Shown here: positions 11,609 through 25,100 of the stretch, one piece after another
How positions within the stretch are numbered: the stretch's first letter is position 1
Layout of the letters: every line of letters begins with the position of its first letter
Assembly (NCBI RefSeq): GCF_000315625.1
Contig: NW_005434649.1
Coordinates: 62,001 to 126,000 of the forward strand
Length of the DNA: 64,000 bases
DNA from: Guillardia theta CCMP2712
Taxonomy: Eukaryota; Protista; Cryptophyta
Reading direction: 5' to 3'
Made by a program: the position numbers and the translations under genes
The notes under the pieces: model-generated
Told to the model about the DNA's origin: nothing
Seen by the model: only the letters and a program-made list of their open reading frames with translations
The model's database searches: none

Positions 11609-14600
11609 GTAGCAGCCAGCAGCCAGCATTGTGAGAAATACCTGAGGTAAAATGTCTTTGAGAACAATATCTCTGGGAAACTGGGGAGGTCCTCTGTACA
11701 ACGAAGATAATCGATCTTCCAGCTGAGAAATCTTTTCTCGTTGCGCATTCGACAGCTGGAAATGAAATGAAATCACTTGAGAGCTGAAACCAGAGCACTG
11801 CTTTGACCTCCAAGCATGCTTCCACGTGCATATCATTCAGAAGGCGACTGATTGTCATCCTTTCCCTCTTCTCATCCTGCACAGCAAAAGATTACCACCA
11901 ACAAAATCTTGTTCACAAGGATCTTCTCTACTCGAAATTCTTCCGTGTTCTCTTTCGCTGCTTTGCTTCGCTTCTCATCGAACGAATTCATCTTGTAGAA
12001 CGCCTACGGTAACGGCAATGAGACTAGGAGGCCCTCAGCCAGTAGAAAGATCACCGTCATTGAACTCTCTGACGCCTTGCTCAAGCTCTTCGCAATGTAT
12101 GGAGGGTATCGGACATGGAACGGAACCGGCTCTTCTGCTCACATTGAAATCAAAGAGAGCAATGACTGTGCGACTTCACCTTCCACTGAAGCCTGATCAG
12201 AAAGTTCTCGCAAGCCATCTGAAGATGTCATCGCTGTTGAGGTTGGGGAGTCTATCTTTCCCGTTTCTCCATCTGTCGCAAGAACAGTCGTCATGCTACA
12301 AGTAGTTGACAACTCTTGTTACCTGCGACTTGTACAAAGGACGATCGCCGCCGAGCTCCTGGCTCTGGAAGAAAACGTTTCAACGACAGTCAGTCTGCAA
12401 AGCATTTTGATTGCCTTCCAACCATCGTGGAAACATTCTTGAGCAAACAAAGTCAAACGATCACCCACCACGTTGAAGCAAAAACAGTCTCACTCTAAAT
12501 TCTCCAATGATCCGATGAGAGCAAGTGGCTTTTCCTTCCCATCCCACAGCCTTGAAAGTGCGCGATCAATCATAAAGTGACAAGAGAGTTTTGGGTGACA
12601 ATACCGACATGATCCTTCGCCTCCCACCGATACCCACAACCCTGACTTCGGGGAGAAGACGATATTCACTACTGTCTTCCAATGTCCTTGCATTCTCTTC
12701 GATCGCGACATCGACTGTGTCAGAGGATAAGCTTCATATCATCAGAAACATTTCGTTCACAAAGGGCGTTGTAGACTGCAGCCGCCATACTTGAACCGCG
12801 CCCGATGCTTCGCCCATCACAACTTTCGTTTCTGGAACCAAATCAATCAAAACCAATAAGACGACACAGAACTCTACTACTCACTTGCGGAGTTCACAGC
12901 CATGCACGAGATCGCATCAGGAGAAGTCAGGCAGAGCTTGTTGATGTCCGTCTACGGCAGCTGCATCAGCGGCGCTTTCAGTGTCTGTGACTTACTTCAT
13001 CCAAGTCTTCCCGTGTAATATCCAGTGCATCAGGAAACTCTTCGGGTGCATACGTCTTGACCTGCAACAGAGTCTCGCTCCTCCTCCTCCTCCTCTCGCC
13101 TGCACGTGCTACCTTTCGCATGGAATGTACATCGATGACATGAATGTGTCCGCTCCCTATCCCCACCAACACGCTACTCGTCCCTTTGATATGCAGCAGA
13201 GAGAAGATTGAAACCTGGAAGCGAGTAAGAGATCATAGCTCGAGATTGTTCCACCTTATTCTCATTGTGGCCTATGTTTCCAACATTCGAATCAACCTGC
13301 TCGGACTGTAAACAAAAATGTCATCGGGTTTGCGAGAATCGGAACATGACAACAGACTTGAGTGATGAAGCCTGAGGGATCCGCCATGTCCGATTGAAAC
13401 GTTGCTGGAGTGAAGGTTTGCTCCATCCTTCCATTCGACGCCATCCAGACAATCTGGTTGACCGAGTCAAACTGATGACAAGTCACAAAGGAATCCAACG
13501 ATCTCACAAGATTTCCAGCGGCATCTCCCGAAGCAATGGAAATGCTTGACGAAACTGAAACATAATTGTTACGCAGCACAATGACAGAAGAGAAGTCGCT
13601 GCGAGCCATAATGTAAATTGAAAAGAGCAGCAAACTCTAGGATTGATGAAGAATTGCAAGGTAGAAAACGAAAGCGATGTTTGCGATGAGCTATCATTCA
13701 TTTGGAGAGTGCGAATCGATGGGATCACAAATCTTTTCAGCCGATAGAGTTGAACAACGCAAGAGAAGAGATGTAAAGGGATGCAGGACATAACCAAGTC
13801 TTGAGAAGACCAACAGTCAATGAATGCTAACCTCCTTCCAAGGATGTCTTCTCAATCATACAAAGACAAAGAATGTCCGCCTGGTGACCCTGGTAAAGCA
13901 TGACGTATCAGCACACAACATCATGCTTTCATCACATTCAAGGTAGTAAATCACATGTTGATCACCTGTATCTTCACGCTTTGTGCGTTATCATCTTTTC
14001 CATCTGGATACATCACAATGACTTGATCCCATCCAGCTCCTACCAGAGGCCGCTGAATGAACCTGCCAGGAACTTGAATGTCTTGATAGATCGTCTGTTG
14101 ACATCAACCTGTTTGGAGAGAGATAGACCAAAGCCGCGATTTCCTTTTTCATCCTCGTGTACTCTTTCAGCATGACACCTGAGTTGAAATTCCAGCTCCT
14201 GACGCTCCCCTGCCAGCAACTTTCAGACTTGGACAGGCAGAAAGGGATAGTGACGTCATGAGCCCCGGTGAAGAGACGACGTTGAGAGTAGTCGAGGCAA
14301 GCAGACGTGATGGGAGAGGGTTGAGAAACACGGAAGGTATTGAGCTGTTAGGATCATTCATAACTTCAATCTTTGCGTGCGAGGGCAAGATCACAAGAGA
14401 CCTGATTCCCTGTCTTCATACAGAAGGTCCTTACATGATGCACGCCCACCACAATAATCTGGTGGAAGACGACACTGTAACATGCTGCGACCGTCTGCTC
14501 TCCGGTCCCCTTGCTTCTCGCATAATCGAGTTGAGTTTGTAGCGACACCCACAGCTTGTCTTGCTTTCTTTGATCCTTTGCGATGACCGTTAGAACATGT

Positions 14601-17600
14601 CGAGACAACTCAACGAAATCACCTCTGCATCTTCTCTGACAGTGGCCTTGGAAGAGAGGATGTCAAGGGAGGGAAGGTATTTCAATTCCCCTCGCTTGTA
14701 CTCTTGCTGCAGTTCGTCAACAACCTTGGAGACATCAACAACTGTCCATCCACTCTCTTTCATGAACTCGTCATTATGCAGCTGATATTCTGTCGAACTC
14801 TTCGATCTTGTTTTCTCTGTCTTGCCACTGCGTGATCGGATCGCAGATTGAACAGCAGATTTCGTCAAACTTGCAGACGACTGTGCTTCCGCGTTTGCGT
14901 TGCTCTCGATCTTCCAGAACTTAGCTCTGTTGCCGAAGGTAATCAGCTCCTTTGTCTGCTGGTCAAAACATGAGCATGAGAATCGATCTATCGGTCGATG
15001 TTGAAAAGTGTCCTAGGTTGTCATAGTGTCAGATTATCCAAACTCGAGAAGAACACTCCAGCAATACCAGGAATTTCTGTGCTGTTTGCAGAGAGTGCAT
15101 CTCCCAAACTCTCACTGTCTTGTCTGCAGACACGGAGACTGATAACAAGTTAAGTTCGCAACCGTCCATGTCCTCCAGGTACCTAAGGAAGACATGTGGT
15201 CCAGCATGTAGAGGCCAACGATGCGCGAGGAGTGACCCTTCAGCTCCTCTACTCCGATCCCCTCGAGCACTATGAAAGGATTCCACAACCTTATCACTTT
15301 GTCTTTTCCGCCGCAGACAACACATCTGCCTCTTCCTCACATGTTGTCCTCATACCCGTAGACCTCATACCTGTACTTTTCCGAAAAGGAGATGCAAGTT
15401 TGCGGGTGTGTGGTATGCAGGGAAAGGGTTTTTCGACCTTTCTCTGCCTCTTTGGTCAATTTTCCTTTGAGCTGTTGCAGTCATTGCGATTGAAACATGC
15501 ACAGAGAAATAAATACAGTGTCGAGACGTTGGCAGACATTCTTCCACTCCATCGGCTCCTTTCATGAGACATGTCACCAAACTGCAGCCTGCCGATGCAT
15601 GGCATGGAAGCTTGCCTTGTAAGATGTGTGTTTGACTGACAATACTCCATTTGACATGAATGAGCAGCCTTCAAAACACTGAATTTTGTCACGAACAGGT
15701 TTGATCACAGATTGAGAAATAAAAAGGTTCTAGGACAGCTTACCTCTGTCAGCTCGGGAACTTCTTGCAGAACACTTGAACTGGCTTGTCTAGTAAGCCC
15801 CTTGCCCTTGGAAGCATCTGAATTCAGCTTGAAAGATTTTTGCGTGTCAGGCATGTCAGATTCGACATTAAGAAGGGAAGACGATTTGTCCAGTTTTTTG
15901 ATGGGAAGGGAGGCAACTCCAAGTAAAAACTCGATCAGAAGCTTGTTCCTGGTGTGAGATAAATCTTTCCTGAAAGCGAGCTCCTTTTCTAGATTGGACA
16001 ATTCGTCTTTAAGTGAATTAAGATTTTCCTTCGAAGCCGAACTATTGTTTCTTTTCCTTCTTGCATCGGAATCTTGAAAGTAGGTGATCTTATGATGCAA
16101 TTCTTGGTGTTGATCCGCTGCTTTCTGATATTGTTGCTCTTTATCTCTTGCATCGTTCACCAAATTTTGAACTATCTCCAACACTTTGAGCTTCTCATCA
16201 CTTTTGTAGTCTTTCACTTTCCAAAAATCGTAATCCCCAACAACCACTCTGCCATCATCTCCACAACTGATTATTCCCACTTTCGGCCAGAGAATTATCG
16301 CATTCACATTCAATCCTGTCTGCTCTTCAAGAAACCAGTCATGCGCCTTGTATCTTCCCGCAACTTGAAACGTTTTGCAATTGTAGGCAGCAACCTCTCC
16401 ATTGATGTCTCCTACGAGTAACCAGAACGCATTCTCCATGTTGCTATTTGCTTGCAGGGCATGCGGGATACGTGTGATAGACATGCAGGATGGAACACTC
16501 TGAGGGAAAATCTTGTTGACGACTCTGAACTTGCGGCAGTCATACTCCAGGATCAGGTTCTCAGTCCCGCTGGACACAAAGACAGCTCCTCTACTGGTCT
16601 GGAGGTACGCAAGGGACCTGCTCGCTACTGCCTTAGTCTGACTCACCGCTGTCGGGGCTTCTATCTCAGTCATGGACGGGACAAGAGTGCTGTAAACTTT
16701 CTCGTGGGATTCTAGATTCCAGAAGATAAGATCTCGCTTGACCATGCCGATGGTCACTATCAACCTGTGACGGGTACACACCACGGCGGCTCCAACCATG
16801 TCTTTCGGCTGGGCGATGTCAGGATACATCACACCAGTGGACATGCTGCATTCAGGCTTCCACTTTGCGGCTTCTAGCTTTGTACCAGCCTCATGAACGA
16901 TGTAGGACAGGAACTCATCCCACTCGATACAGCCGTCGTCGTTTGCATCGATTTTGCAGAAGAGCTGAGTTAAGTCAGAAGAAGGTGAAATGAGTCAGAA
17001 TACTCGTACCTGTGCACCCAACTCGACTTCCATACCTGTGAACTCTTTCATGACTGACTCAAACTCTTCCTGGTTTTCATAAAATCACTTAGAGTCAAAA
17101 ACTATGACAAACACCTGTTGCAGTCCAACCGAATCTCCTATTCTTCTGGTGAAGCGTGATTCCAGTCTGGCCATTTCATGTGGTCGGAGATCTGTTATCT
17201 CCCGCACCTTCTTCTTAATGTCAGCATCATCAGCATCGCTGTCACTTTCAATCGAGTATTCCGAGTTCTGCCTCACAAACTCATCGACTGTGACAGTATT
17301 TCGAGCTTCTTCTTCAATCTTCCAGATCGCTTGCTCAGTCTTGGGGTCCATGGCAAATTTATGTGTATCTGAAGCAAAAGTCTCCATGCTGCTGTACTTT
17401 GCGAGCGCAGAGAAGGGTCGAGCAGCGACTGTCGGGGACCAGTCGTGAGCATCTTTGAACCCGGGAGCTGACTCGGGTCGTTCCCGAGCACCGAGGATCC
17501 TCGCTGCTCTTGCCGCAGAGCCTCTGATGCTGCTGCTCTGTGCGAGCACGTCGGTGAGAGCTGCATCAGAGTCGCTCTGCCACTCTCCACGAAGCCCGAG

Positions 17601-17783
17601 GGAGGAAGAAGGACGAACAACGTCTTTCTCCCGCAGTGGGAGCATCCCCAGCGCAGATGAAGGGCGAGCACTTGCAGACAGAGGTATCCTCCTCATACTT
17701 CCTGCACTTCGCAGTTCTGCCCTGGACCCCTCGTCCCTTCCCTTCCTCGCAGGATGAGCGGACGTGGGGCGTCTAGAGCTCAT
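9783..17783 (-). CDS. Large EF-hand + WD40-repeat protein (WDR49/WDR64/EFCAB8-like architecture) with C-terminal EF-hand-like region
   Basis: ATG at 17783 (MSSRRP). EF-hand LFCKIDANDDGCIEWDEFLSYIVHE at ~16890-16965. WD repeats include LKGHSSRIVGL...SVSADKTVRVWE, QGHWKTVVNIVFSP and ISCGDDGRVVV. C-terminal exons IRRVFLSYS...MNLKELYQFM and ELEYDEFLE|VIVRIVD...ANTYN* end at 9783. Joining all of this into one gene is inferred. Confidence 0.7.
10283..10490. repeat. Intronic minisatellite, 50-bp unit x ~4
   Basis: GCAGTGCTGCAGGGATAGAGGAAGAGCAGT... starts at 10283, 10333, 10383 and 10433, with a partial copy at 10483. Confidence 0.95.
11554..11608. repeat. (ATC)n microsatellite, intronic
   Basis: Direct reading. 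Confidence 0.95.
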
Positions 17784-18465
17784 GTTGTTTGTATTCGTTA
17801 CCACGATGAAAGCATGCGATATGATTCACTGCTCAGATGTGTGAGGGGAAGAAGCACTGAGATCAAGCTCATGCCGATCTTGGAGTGTGGACATACCTCT
17901 CCCTGCTCTACTCCTCCTTCCAGCATGCCTTCGCGCCTGGACTACTCATATTTCAACTGCTACCCGCCATTTCCCAATAATTTACTTATCTATAACTACC
18001 TCGCCTCAGAACAAACGATAGAAGACCAAAAAAGGCAGCAGCAATTTATTAGTGAATGTTCAGAGTCTTCGGAGTGCATCTAGAAAATAGATGGCGATAG
18101 TTCGGCTAAGATGCTTGAGAATCTTCTTCTGAGCAAGCTGATAGTTGTGACCAAGAGCTATGTCGTCATGACAAACACCCACAAACACGTTTCTCACGAT
18201 TCGCAAGAATTTCTTTGGCCTCTTTGTTCGAATCCTTGACATCTGTCTTAAACCTACCATCCTGGTATCTTCACGTTGGGACTCGCCTTCTTACCCTTGT
18301 TTGGAGACGGTTGACTGCGGGGAGGAGGAGGAGGAGGAGGAGGAGAGTCTCGATGAACATCTTCAAGGTCTTTGTCATCCAGCGTCTGCAGAAGGAAACA
18401 GTTAGATCTAAGGAGAAGTTGATTGGAGGAGAACCAGGCGAGGAGGGATATCGAGACGAACTTTT

Positions 18466-21400
18466 TCAGAGGGAACTTTCCACCCAGACCTTGATTTGGC
18501 TAAAGCAAGGGGATGAGTCAGAAACGAGCAAGTTCAGCTGGGCACGCAAACCTTCGTCCTTATCCTCGGAAGTCCAGGAGGGCAGCTTTCGTCGCCCTTT
18601 GTTGCTCTTCGCTGATTTCACCTTTTCCCTGTCCGTCTTCTCTTCATGTGAAAATCTAGGAGGAGCTTTCTTCTTCTTCTTCTTATCATCATCATCATCA
18701 TTGTCTGCTTGCTTCGCCTTGAACTTCTCCTCCGCCCTTTCATCAGGGAATGCAGGTGGGGCCGAGTATTTGGACGAGCCGCGGACACTTTTCTGCGAGC
18801 TCTTCGGCGGTTCAAACTTTGACTTGGATCGAACTTGAAAGGATGACGACTGAGAAGGCTGGTGAACGCTCGAACGTGCAGCATCCTCCTGTAAGGTATC
18901 CCTCTTCGCTGCGGCATTATGATCTGTCCCAGCATCGTGCAGTATGTGATGGTTGTGTACTGCGCCTTCCATCACGAACGCATCGTACATCATGCGCAAC
19001 CCCGAGATGAAATTCGACGCCCATCTCGCACTGTCAAAGGCAGCAGACTTGATAGCTGACCTTTGCATCGCCTGTTTCAAGGATCTCAACGTCTTTCGCC
19101 CCTTCAGCGCGAAGTGTTGAGCAAGCCTGACATAGTCCTGGTCGTTCCTAGCGATGAAGAGATCGCCGATGCCTGACGCCAGGCTCAGGCTCAGACTCAC
19201 CCGCGATGCCATCGACTCCCCAGGAGCAGAGATGATCGGCAGCCCTGCAAAGAGAGCGTCCGCTGCTGTCCCATGTGCCGCGTACGGCCTTGTATCCACG
19301 AAGAGATCACAGTTCGCCTTAGACGCGACGTGCCATTTTTCCTCAAAGAAGGTAGTGAAAATCAGTTTATCGGAGGGGATGCCTGACTGCTTGGCGTATC
19401 GTAGGAGAGATTGCTTGCCAGCTTCATTCCACGAGAGAAGCCAGAGCTTAGAATCAGGAACCTGACCCAACAAGTGCATCCAGAGTTGCCAAACCTTGGG
19501 TGTTATCTTGTAGAATTGGTTGAAGTTGCACAGGATGAACGAGTCGATCGCATCTGCAGGGAAGAACTCTGGCTTGCGCGAGTTCGATCCAGATGACTTC
19601 ATGAAGTATGACCCCCCTGCCAACTCCGCACGACTGGGCCAGGAGGAAGGGTCGAGCTCAGCAAGGTGTGCATAGAGACTGTCATGGCCGTTGTAGTGAT
19701 AGCTGTGAGGCATGTAAACCAGCCTCTCCACGTAAAACTCCGAGAATTCAGGAGGGATGACTTTCCGGTCCGCAACGATTCCGTGATGCTCAGCTATGCC
19801 TGTGGTGCCGGGGAATCCTTTGAAGCTCAGCTGGATAGGAGCAGGGGAGAGGATGAAGATCTCGTTGATCAAGGGCGCTGAAGTCCAACCGTCCAGGTTG
19901 ATCAGCACATGAGGCTGCTCGCGGTTGATGGCCGAGGCGGTTTCATAGAAGGCGGTAGAGCTCAGGTCCAGATACCCTCCCTTGCATTCAGCTTTCATCT
20001 TCCGATGCCATGACAGAGTTTCCTCGCTATCAACTCCTTCCCTCGGGTTCGGATTCAGAGAAAAGCATATCAGGGACACTTTAGAAGGGTCATGCGCTCG
20101 GAAGGCATAAACCATGTCCTTTCCCACTGGCCTGTCACGCAACTCTATTGAGACGTAACCCACTCTCAGTACTCCATCTGTCATGGGTAAAGGATTCAAT
20201 GGAAAACGCTGAAAATTCCTCACAAAAGTTCGTGCTTCCTGCCCATGAGCCTCGGCGATATGCCGCAGTACATTGAGCGACAATTCGTACGATAGGGACT
20301 CTAGAGGATTCGGGCAGATTGTGACGTCATATTCTCGCCGCCGACTCTTGGGCTGCCCTGGTTTACGAGTTGGGACATAGGTTCCTTTCTTCTTCATGAT
20401 GTCTGGTATGCCATACTGCCACATCCTTTCAAGATCATCCTTGTACTCCTCAAAATCCGTCCAATCACACCTGAAGAACATTAGGCAGTCATTGCTGCAC
20501 AGAGAGAGAGAGAGAGGGAAGGGGGTCAGGTGGGGGGTAACTTGGGTGGGGAGAGGAGAGAGAGAGAGAGAGAGAGAGAGCTTACAGTTTTCGCATGTCA
20601 AGATGAAGTGTACACTTGTAGTCTTGCCTGTTGGGATCAAGCTTCATGGCAAGTTTGATGGCATTTACGGCGAAGTCATATTGAGATACAGCCGAATAAG
20701 CTTCGCCCAGATTAAAGTATCCATCGGCATAGGTACCATCGAGAGAAACAGAATTCTTAAGATATTTGATCGCTAACTGCTGGGCTGTATGATTGAAGCG
20801 ATGGTGTCTGACCAGAAGGTTTCCGATGTTATTCGAGTATCCAGCTTCGTTCGGGTTAATGTTTGCTGCAGCTGTGTAGGCTTCTTGCGCTTCATCATAT
20901 TTCCCAATGCGCACAAAGGCATTCCCCATCCCGCAATAGCAATCAGCATGCAATGGCTCCCTGTGGATGCATTTCATATACTCAGCGATGGCTTCTTGGT
21001 TCTTGTCTTGCTTGAACAGAAGGATGGCCAGCGTTTTATAGTTGTCAGGATCCTCAGGCTGGAGCTGCAGCACCTTGTGCATCATCTCTGTTGCCTTGAC
21101 CACGTTCCCTGTTTCAGCAAAGAGCGTCGCAAGATTGAACATGGCGACCGAGTGGTCCTGCTGAAGCTCAAGGCATTTTTCCCATCGAAACTTGGCGTCG
21201 TCGAGCCTTCCCGCCTGCAAGTGTGCCATGCCGGCATGGTATTGGGCATCAGGGTTGTCGTATGCGAGGTCCGCGACCTCCTCGAAGATCTCTGCTGCAT
21301 GTACATGATCACCTTGTTCTCTGTATGCATTAGCCACGCTGAAGAGACGATTCGCCTCTTCTCTTCGCGCTCTTTCCTTCTCAGACAGCAGTTCTCCCTC

Positions 21401-21529
21401 CTGACCGTCTACCACTGCCCACATGCTCGTGATGCACAAGAGGAGAGCGATTGAGACACGCATGCTTGTTCGCATGCTTGTTCTCGCAGACTTCTGCCAT
21501 TGCTCCACCATCTTCCTCCTCGGCGCCAT
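18466..21529 (-). CDS. TPR + GT41 O-GlcNAc transferase (OGT/SECRET AGENT-type)-like protein with N-terminal signal peptide; 3' end may splice further
   Basis: Exon 1 has ~8 TPRs. Intron 20585-20471 joins RKL|CDW (cf. OGT IVCDW). Exon 2 has LRVGYVS, INLDGWTS...NEIFILSPAPIQLSFKGFPGTTG, ERLVYMPHSY, LCNFNQFYKITP, DLFVDTRPYAAHGTAADALFAGLP and MASRVS. Confidence 0.92.
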
Positions 21530-22180
21530 CGCCCTCGCTATCGATCCGCCATGCAATCCTTCCAAGGAAAAGATCTCGCGCTTTTACTCAACTCAAGCAC
21601 GGTACAAATCGCCGTTGGACTAGAATCGGACGCAGGTTCCGGCCCGCCCGGCCGGTGGGCGGGCCCGGGCCGGGCGGGTGACGGAATACAAGTTTGTTAG
21701 ACTTGTACTAGTCCAAAGTCACGCAGATATCACATCGACCTTAGTTGTTACAAGACAGTTTTTGCTCAAGACCGAGTTTAATGCACACAAAACCAGAATT
21801 GAGGAGCACATGAGAGAAACCCAAGCATCCAGACCGTACATGCGAGGACCTTAGTAAGACGGCTAGGAAAGCCCTCTCTTCGCTACATTGGCCGCCTCGA
21901 AACATGTAAGTCGTCTTGGTTTACAGGAGAGTTTTTGTTAACTTGGCGCTATCGGACTCAGTGGCACGGCTGGCATACTATGCTCCATCAGCGGGCCCAC
22001 TGGGAGTCGGTACAGGATGAGGGTTCAAGGGCCGTTGGTTCTCTCAGTCTTTTCTCTTCTCGCCGTATGGCCTGTGCGACAGTTCAGACTAGAATGATCG
22101 GGGGGGAAGGTACCCGACAAGACTACTCTAAACCTTTCCGATACGTTCTAATTAATCCGACTATTATTTGAATGCTGCTA

Positions 22181-25100
22181 CTACACGATGAAAGATTGAT
22201 GAGATTTATTGAGACTTCTTTTGAAAGAAATTCTTGATCGATTGGTTCTTCGAGGCTGGTTTTGTGTCTGATGATACCTTCTTGTTCTGATATGAAGTGA
22301 TTCGGCGAGATGACAAAGGAATACACACAAACGACATACCTGTGACCTCTTTTGATGAAAGATTTGCATGACATTGCCCTTCCTGTCAATGCGGAACTCT
22401 TCTCTAGTGAACACCTGCACAAGAAAGAATGATCTAGATTCGACTCGATGCCCCTCATATATCACCTTTGTCTTCTCTCCCGTTGGCAGATTGATCAGGT
22501 CGTATCTGTTTACATGCTTTACACGCTGCGAATGAGTGTCCTGATGTCACCCCCGCTCATCGTTGTATGCTTGATTCTTCCTCCTCATCTCCAACATCGC
22601 CCTGCGTGTCTGTCACTGGACGCCATGCCGGCATGCAACTTCACGTGACTGTCTCGGCCCTTGCTCCGCGAAGGTCAGTGATGACGCGATGAGGGTAGGT
22701 CTCTCCGAGCTTCACTCCTGCTGCCGACAAGTCCTGCGAGGGAACGAGAAGTGAGGGAGTGAGTGGTGAGGAGAGGAAGAGGAGAGGAGAGGAGTAGGAG
22801 AGGGAGGGATGGGGAGGGGAGGGGAGAAGATGGAGGGTTAGGGGAGGTGTGGAGAGGGAGGGAGAGGAGAGGAGAGGAGAAGAAGAGGGAGAGGAGGCAT
22901 ACGAATGTTGAGACAGTGACTGAGGAAGAGCATTAAGGGGTTGAAGCAGAAGATGCAAGGAAAGCCAGGAAAGTCCTCTCACTTTTTCGCTGGCTGTCCA
23001 TGGTGCATGAATGTGTTTGTTGCTGAGCTGAGCAAGCTCTGGTACCCACCTGTGCGAGATCAAAAACAGACAGGGAACGAGGGGAGAGGATGAGAAGGAG
23101 AGGAAGAGAGGAGAGGGGAAGAGGAGAGGTCGAAGGAGAGGGGAAGGGAGAGGGAGAGGGAGAGGGAGAGGGAGAGGGAGAGGGAGAGGGAGAGGGAGAG
23201 GGAGAGGGAGAGGGAAGAGAGGAAGAGAGAACGGGCAGGAAAGGAGCAAAGTAAAATCTAAGATAAAGGATCTACCTTCGCACGTATGCTCCTGTTGGGT
23301 CTTGCGATCCATTTTCTGGGCTCATAATGAAGTTCCACTGTACCTGATGTGTCAAAACAAGCGCTCCTCACCCTCCCCTTCCCCCATCCAGCAACCCAAA
23401 CTCTCTCTCTCCTCCCCGTTACCCCTGACCTCCTCTCCTCTGCACTGCCACCATCCTTCCACCAGACTGCTCGCTCTCTGTGTTTCTCCCTCCTCTGCTT
23501 CTACTCGCCTGATCGATTCCTGACCGCCCAGCGTTTTGCCACATCATCGCGTTGATGGCATGATCAAGATCCACCAACGTCTCATGGAACCATTCCAAGC
23601 CCTTGACCCAGCTGATACACAAGTACTGAAAGGCTGGTATTAGACCGCACTGTTCCCTTCCATTCACCGTCCATCGGGCTCCCTCCTCCATGTTTTCACA
23701 CACTCTCCCCTCCTTGCGTTCTCCTCTTCTCCTATTCTTTCCAGCTCCCTCCTCCTCTTTTCGCTTCTTCACGCACTCTCATGTTTTCATCCCTCAGTAT
23801 CGAAAGCCTTTGTCCTCCTCCTCCGCTCATCCCCGTTCCTCTCCTCTATCGTCGTTCTTTAAACTCTCACCTCGCACAGAAACGACGCTGCGATCATGCG
23901 CACGTTCTGGTGCATCCATCCTGTTGCATACAGCTCTCTCATCCCCGCGTCCACCATCGGGAATCCCGTCCTCCCCTGCTTCCACGCTGACAGCAGCTCC
24001 TCGTCTTCCCGCCACCACTGTCACAACCGCATCGGTCGGTCAGCACTCGCCGAGGGAGAAGAGGAAGAGCGGAAGGAGCAAACGGAGCGGTGAAAGAGGA
24101 GGGTAAGAAGACAGTAGAACAAGTCCCAAGGACGCGGACTGTGAGACCGAGGGCTGACGGTTGAGAGAGGATGTTGCGGGAGAGATTGACAACATCAAGC
24201 ACCCGTACTAGTAGCAGTGCCAGTGCTGGGGGGCAAGGGAAGAGGAGGGGGGGGGGGGTTGAACAGGAGGGGGAGGAGGATTGCCTGATCTTTGTAGTGC
24301 TTGCGAATGGGGACATGCGACATGTCAGGAAAAGTGTGAAGATGGAAATATGCAAGATCTCTCCTGCAAAGACAGCATCAGCGAACAGAACAAGATAGAG
24401 GAGCACAAAGAAAGGAAGGAGGAAGAAGGGAGAAAGAAAAACAAAGACAGAGGGAAAGAGAGAGGACAACCAAGCAGAAAATGTGTGGGAGGGAAAGGAA
24501 AATCGAAGAAAGAAGTAGAATGATTCTTCAGACAGGAGACACGAGATGGAAGACAACGGACAATAGTGGGAAACAGATAAGGGGGGAGGAGGATGGAACT
24601 GAAGGAGTCTCATTACCAGAAGAGGCGACGTGAGAAAGTTTTGATCTTGTCCTGGCTCAAGCGGGTGTCTACGACGGCAAAATGCAAAGTCCTGGGTGAT
24701 AGGATTCCAAACCTGATGAGAACTTGATGTAAAAACTGAGAAGAGCGCCAAAAGTTCAAAAACACCGAATCGGATACAATCAACTACCTACTACTGGAGG
24801 ACTTATAAGAGCAGAACAAATGCTTCAGATCAACATACTCCCTCCCTCCCTCCCTCCCTCCCTCCCTCCCTCCCTCCCTCCCTCCCTCCCTCCCTTTCTC
24901 GGAGCCCTACTAGCCTTCACACCTCAGGTACGGAGAAAGTCTCGACACCACGGGAACATCCGCACGACTGCGAGAACTCTCGTATTTGATCAGCTTCGAC
25001 TTGATGAACTTGTTCATTTCCTCCTGCAATCATAAACTTCATTTCATTTCCCCCTCCTCCTCCCTTGAAACCTCCTCCTTGGCCGTTCTTCCGCTACTCC

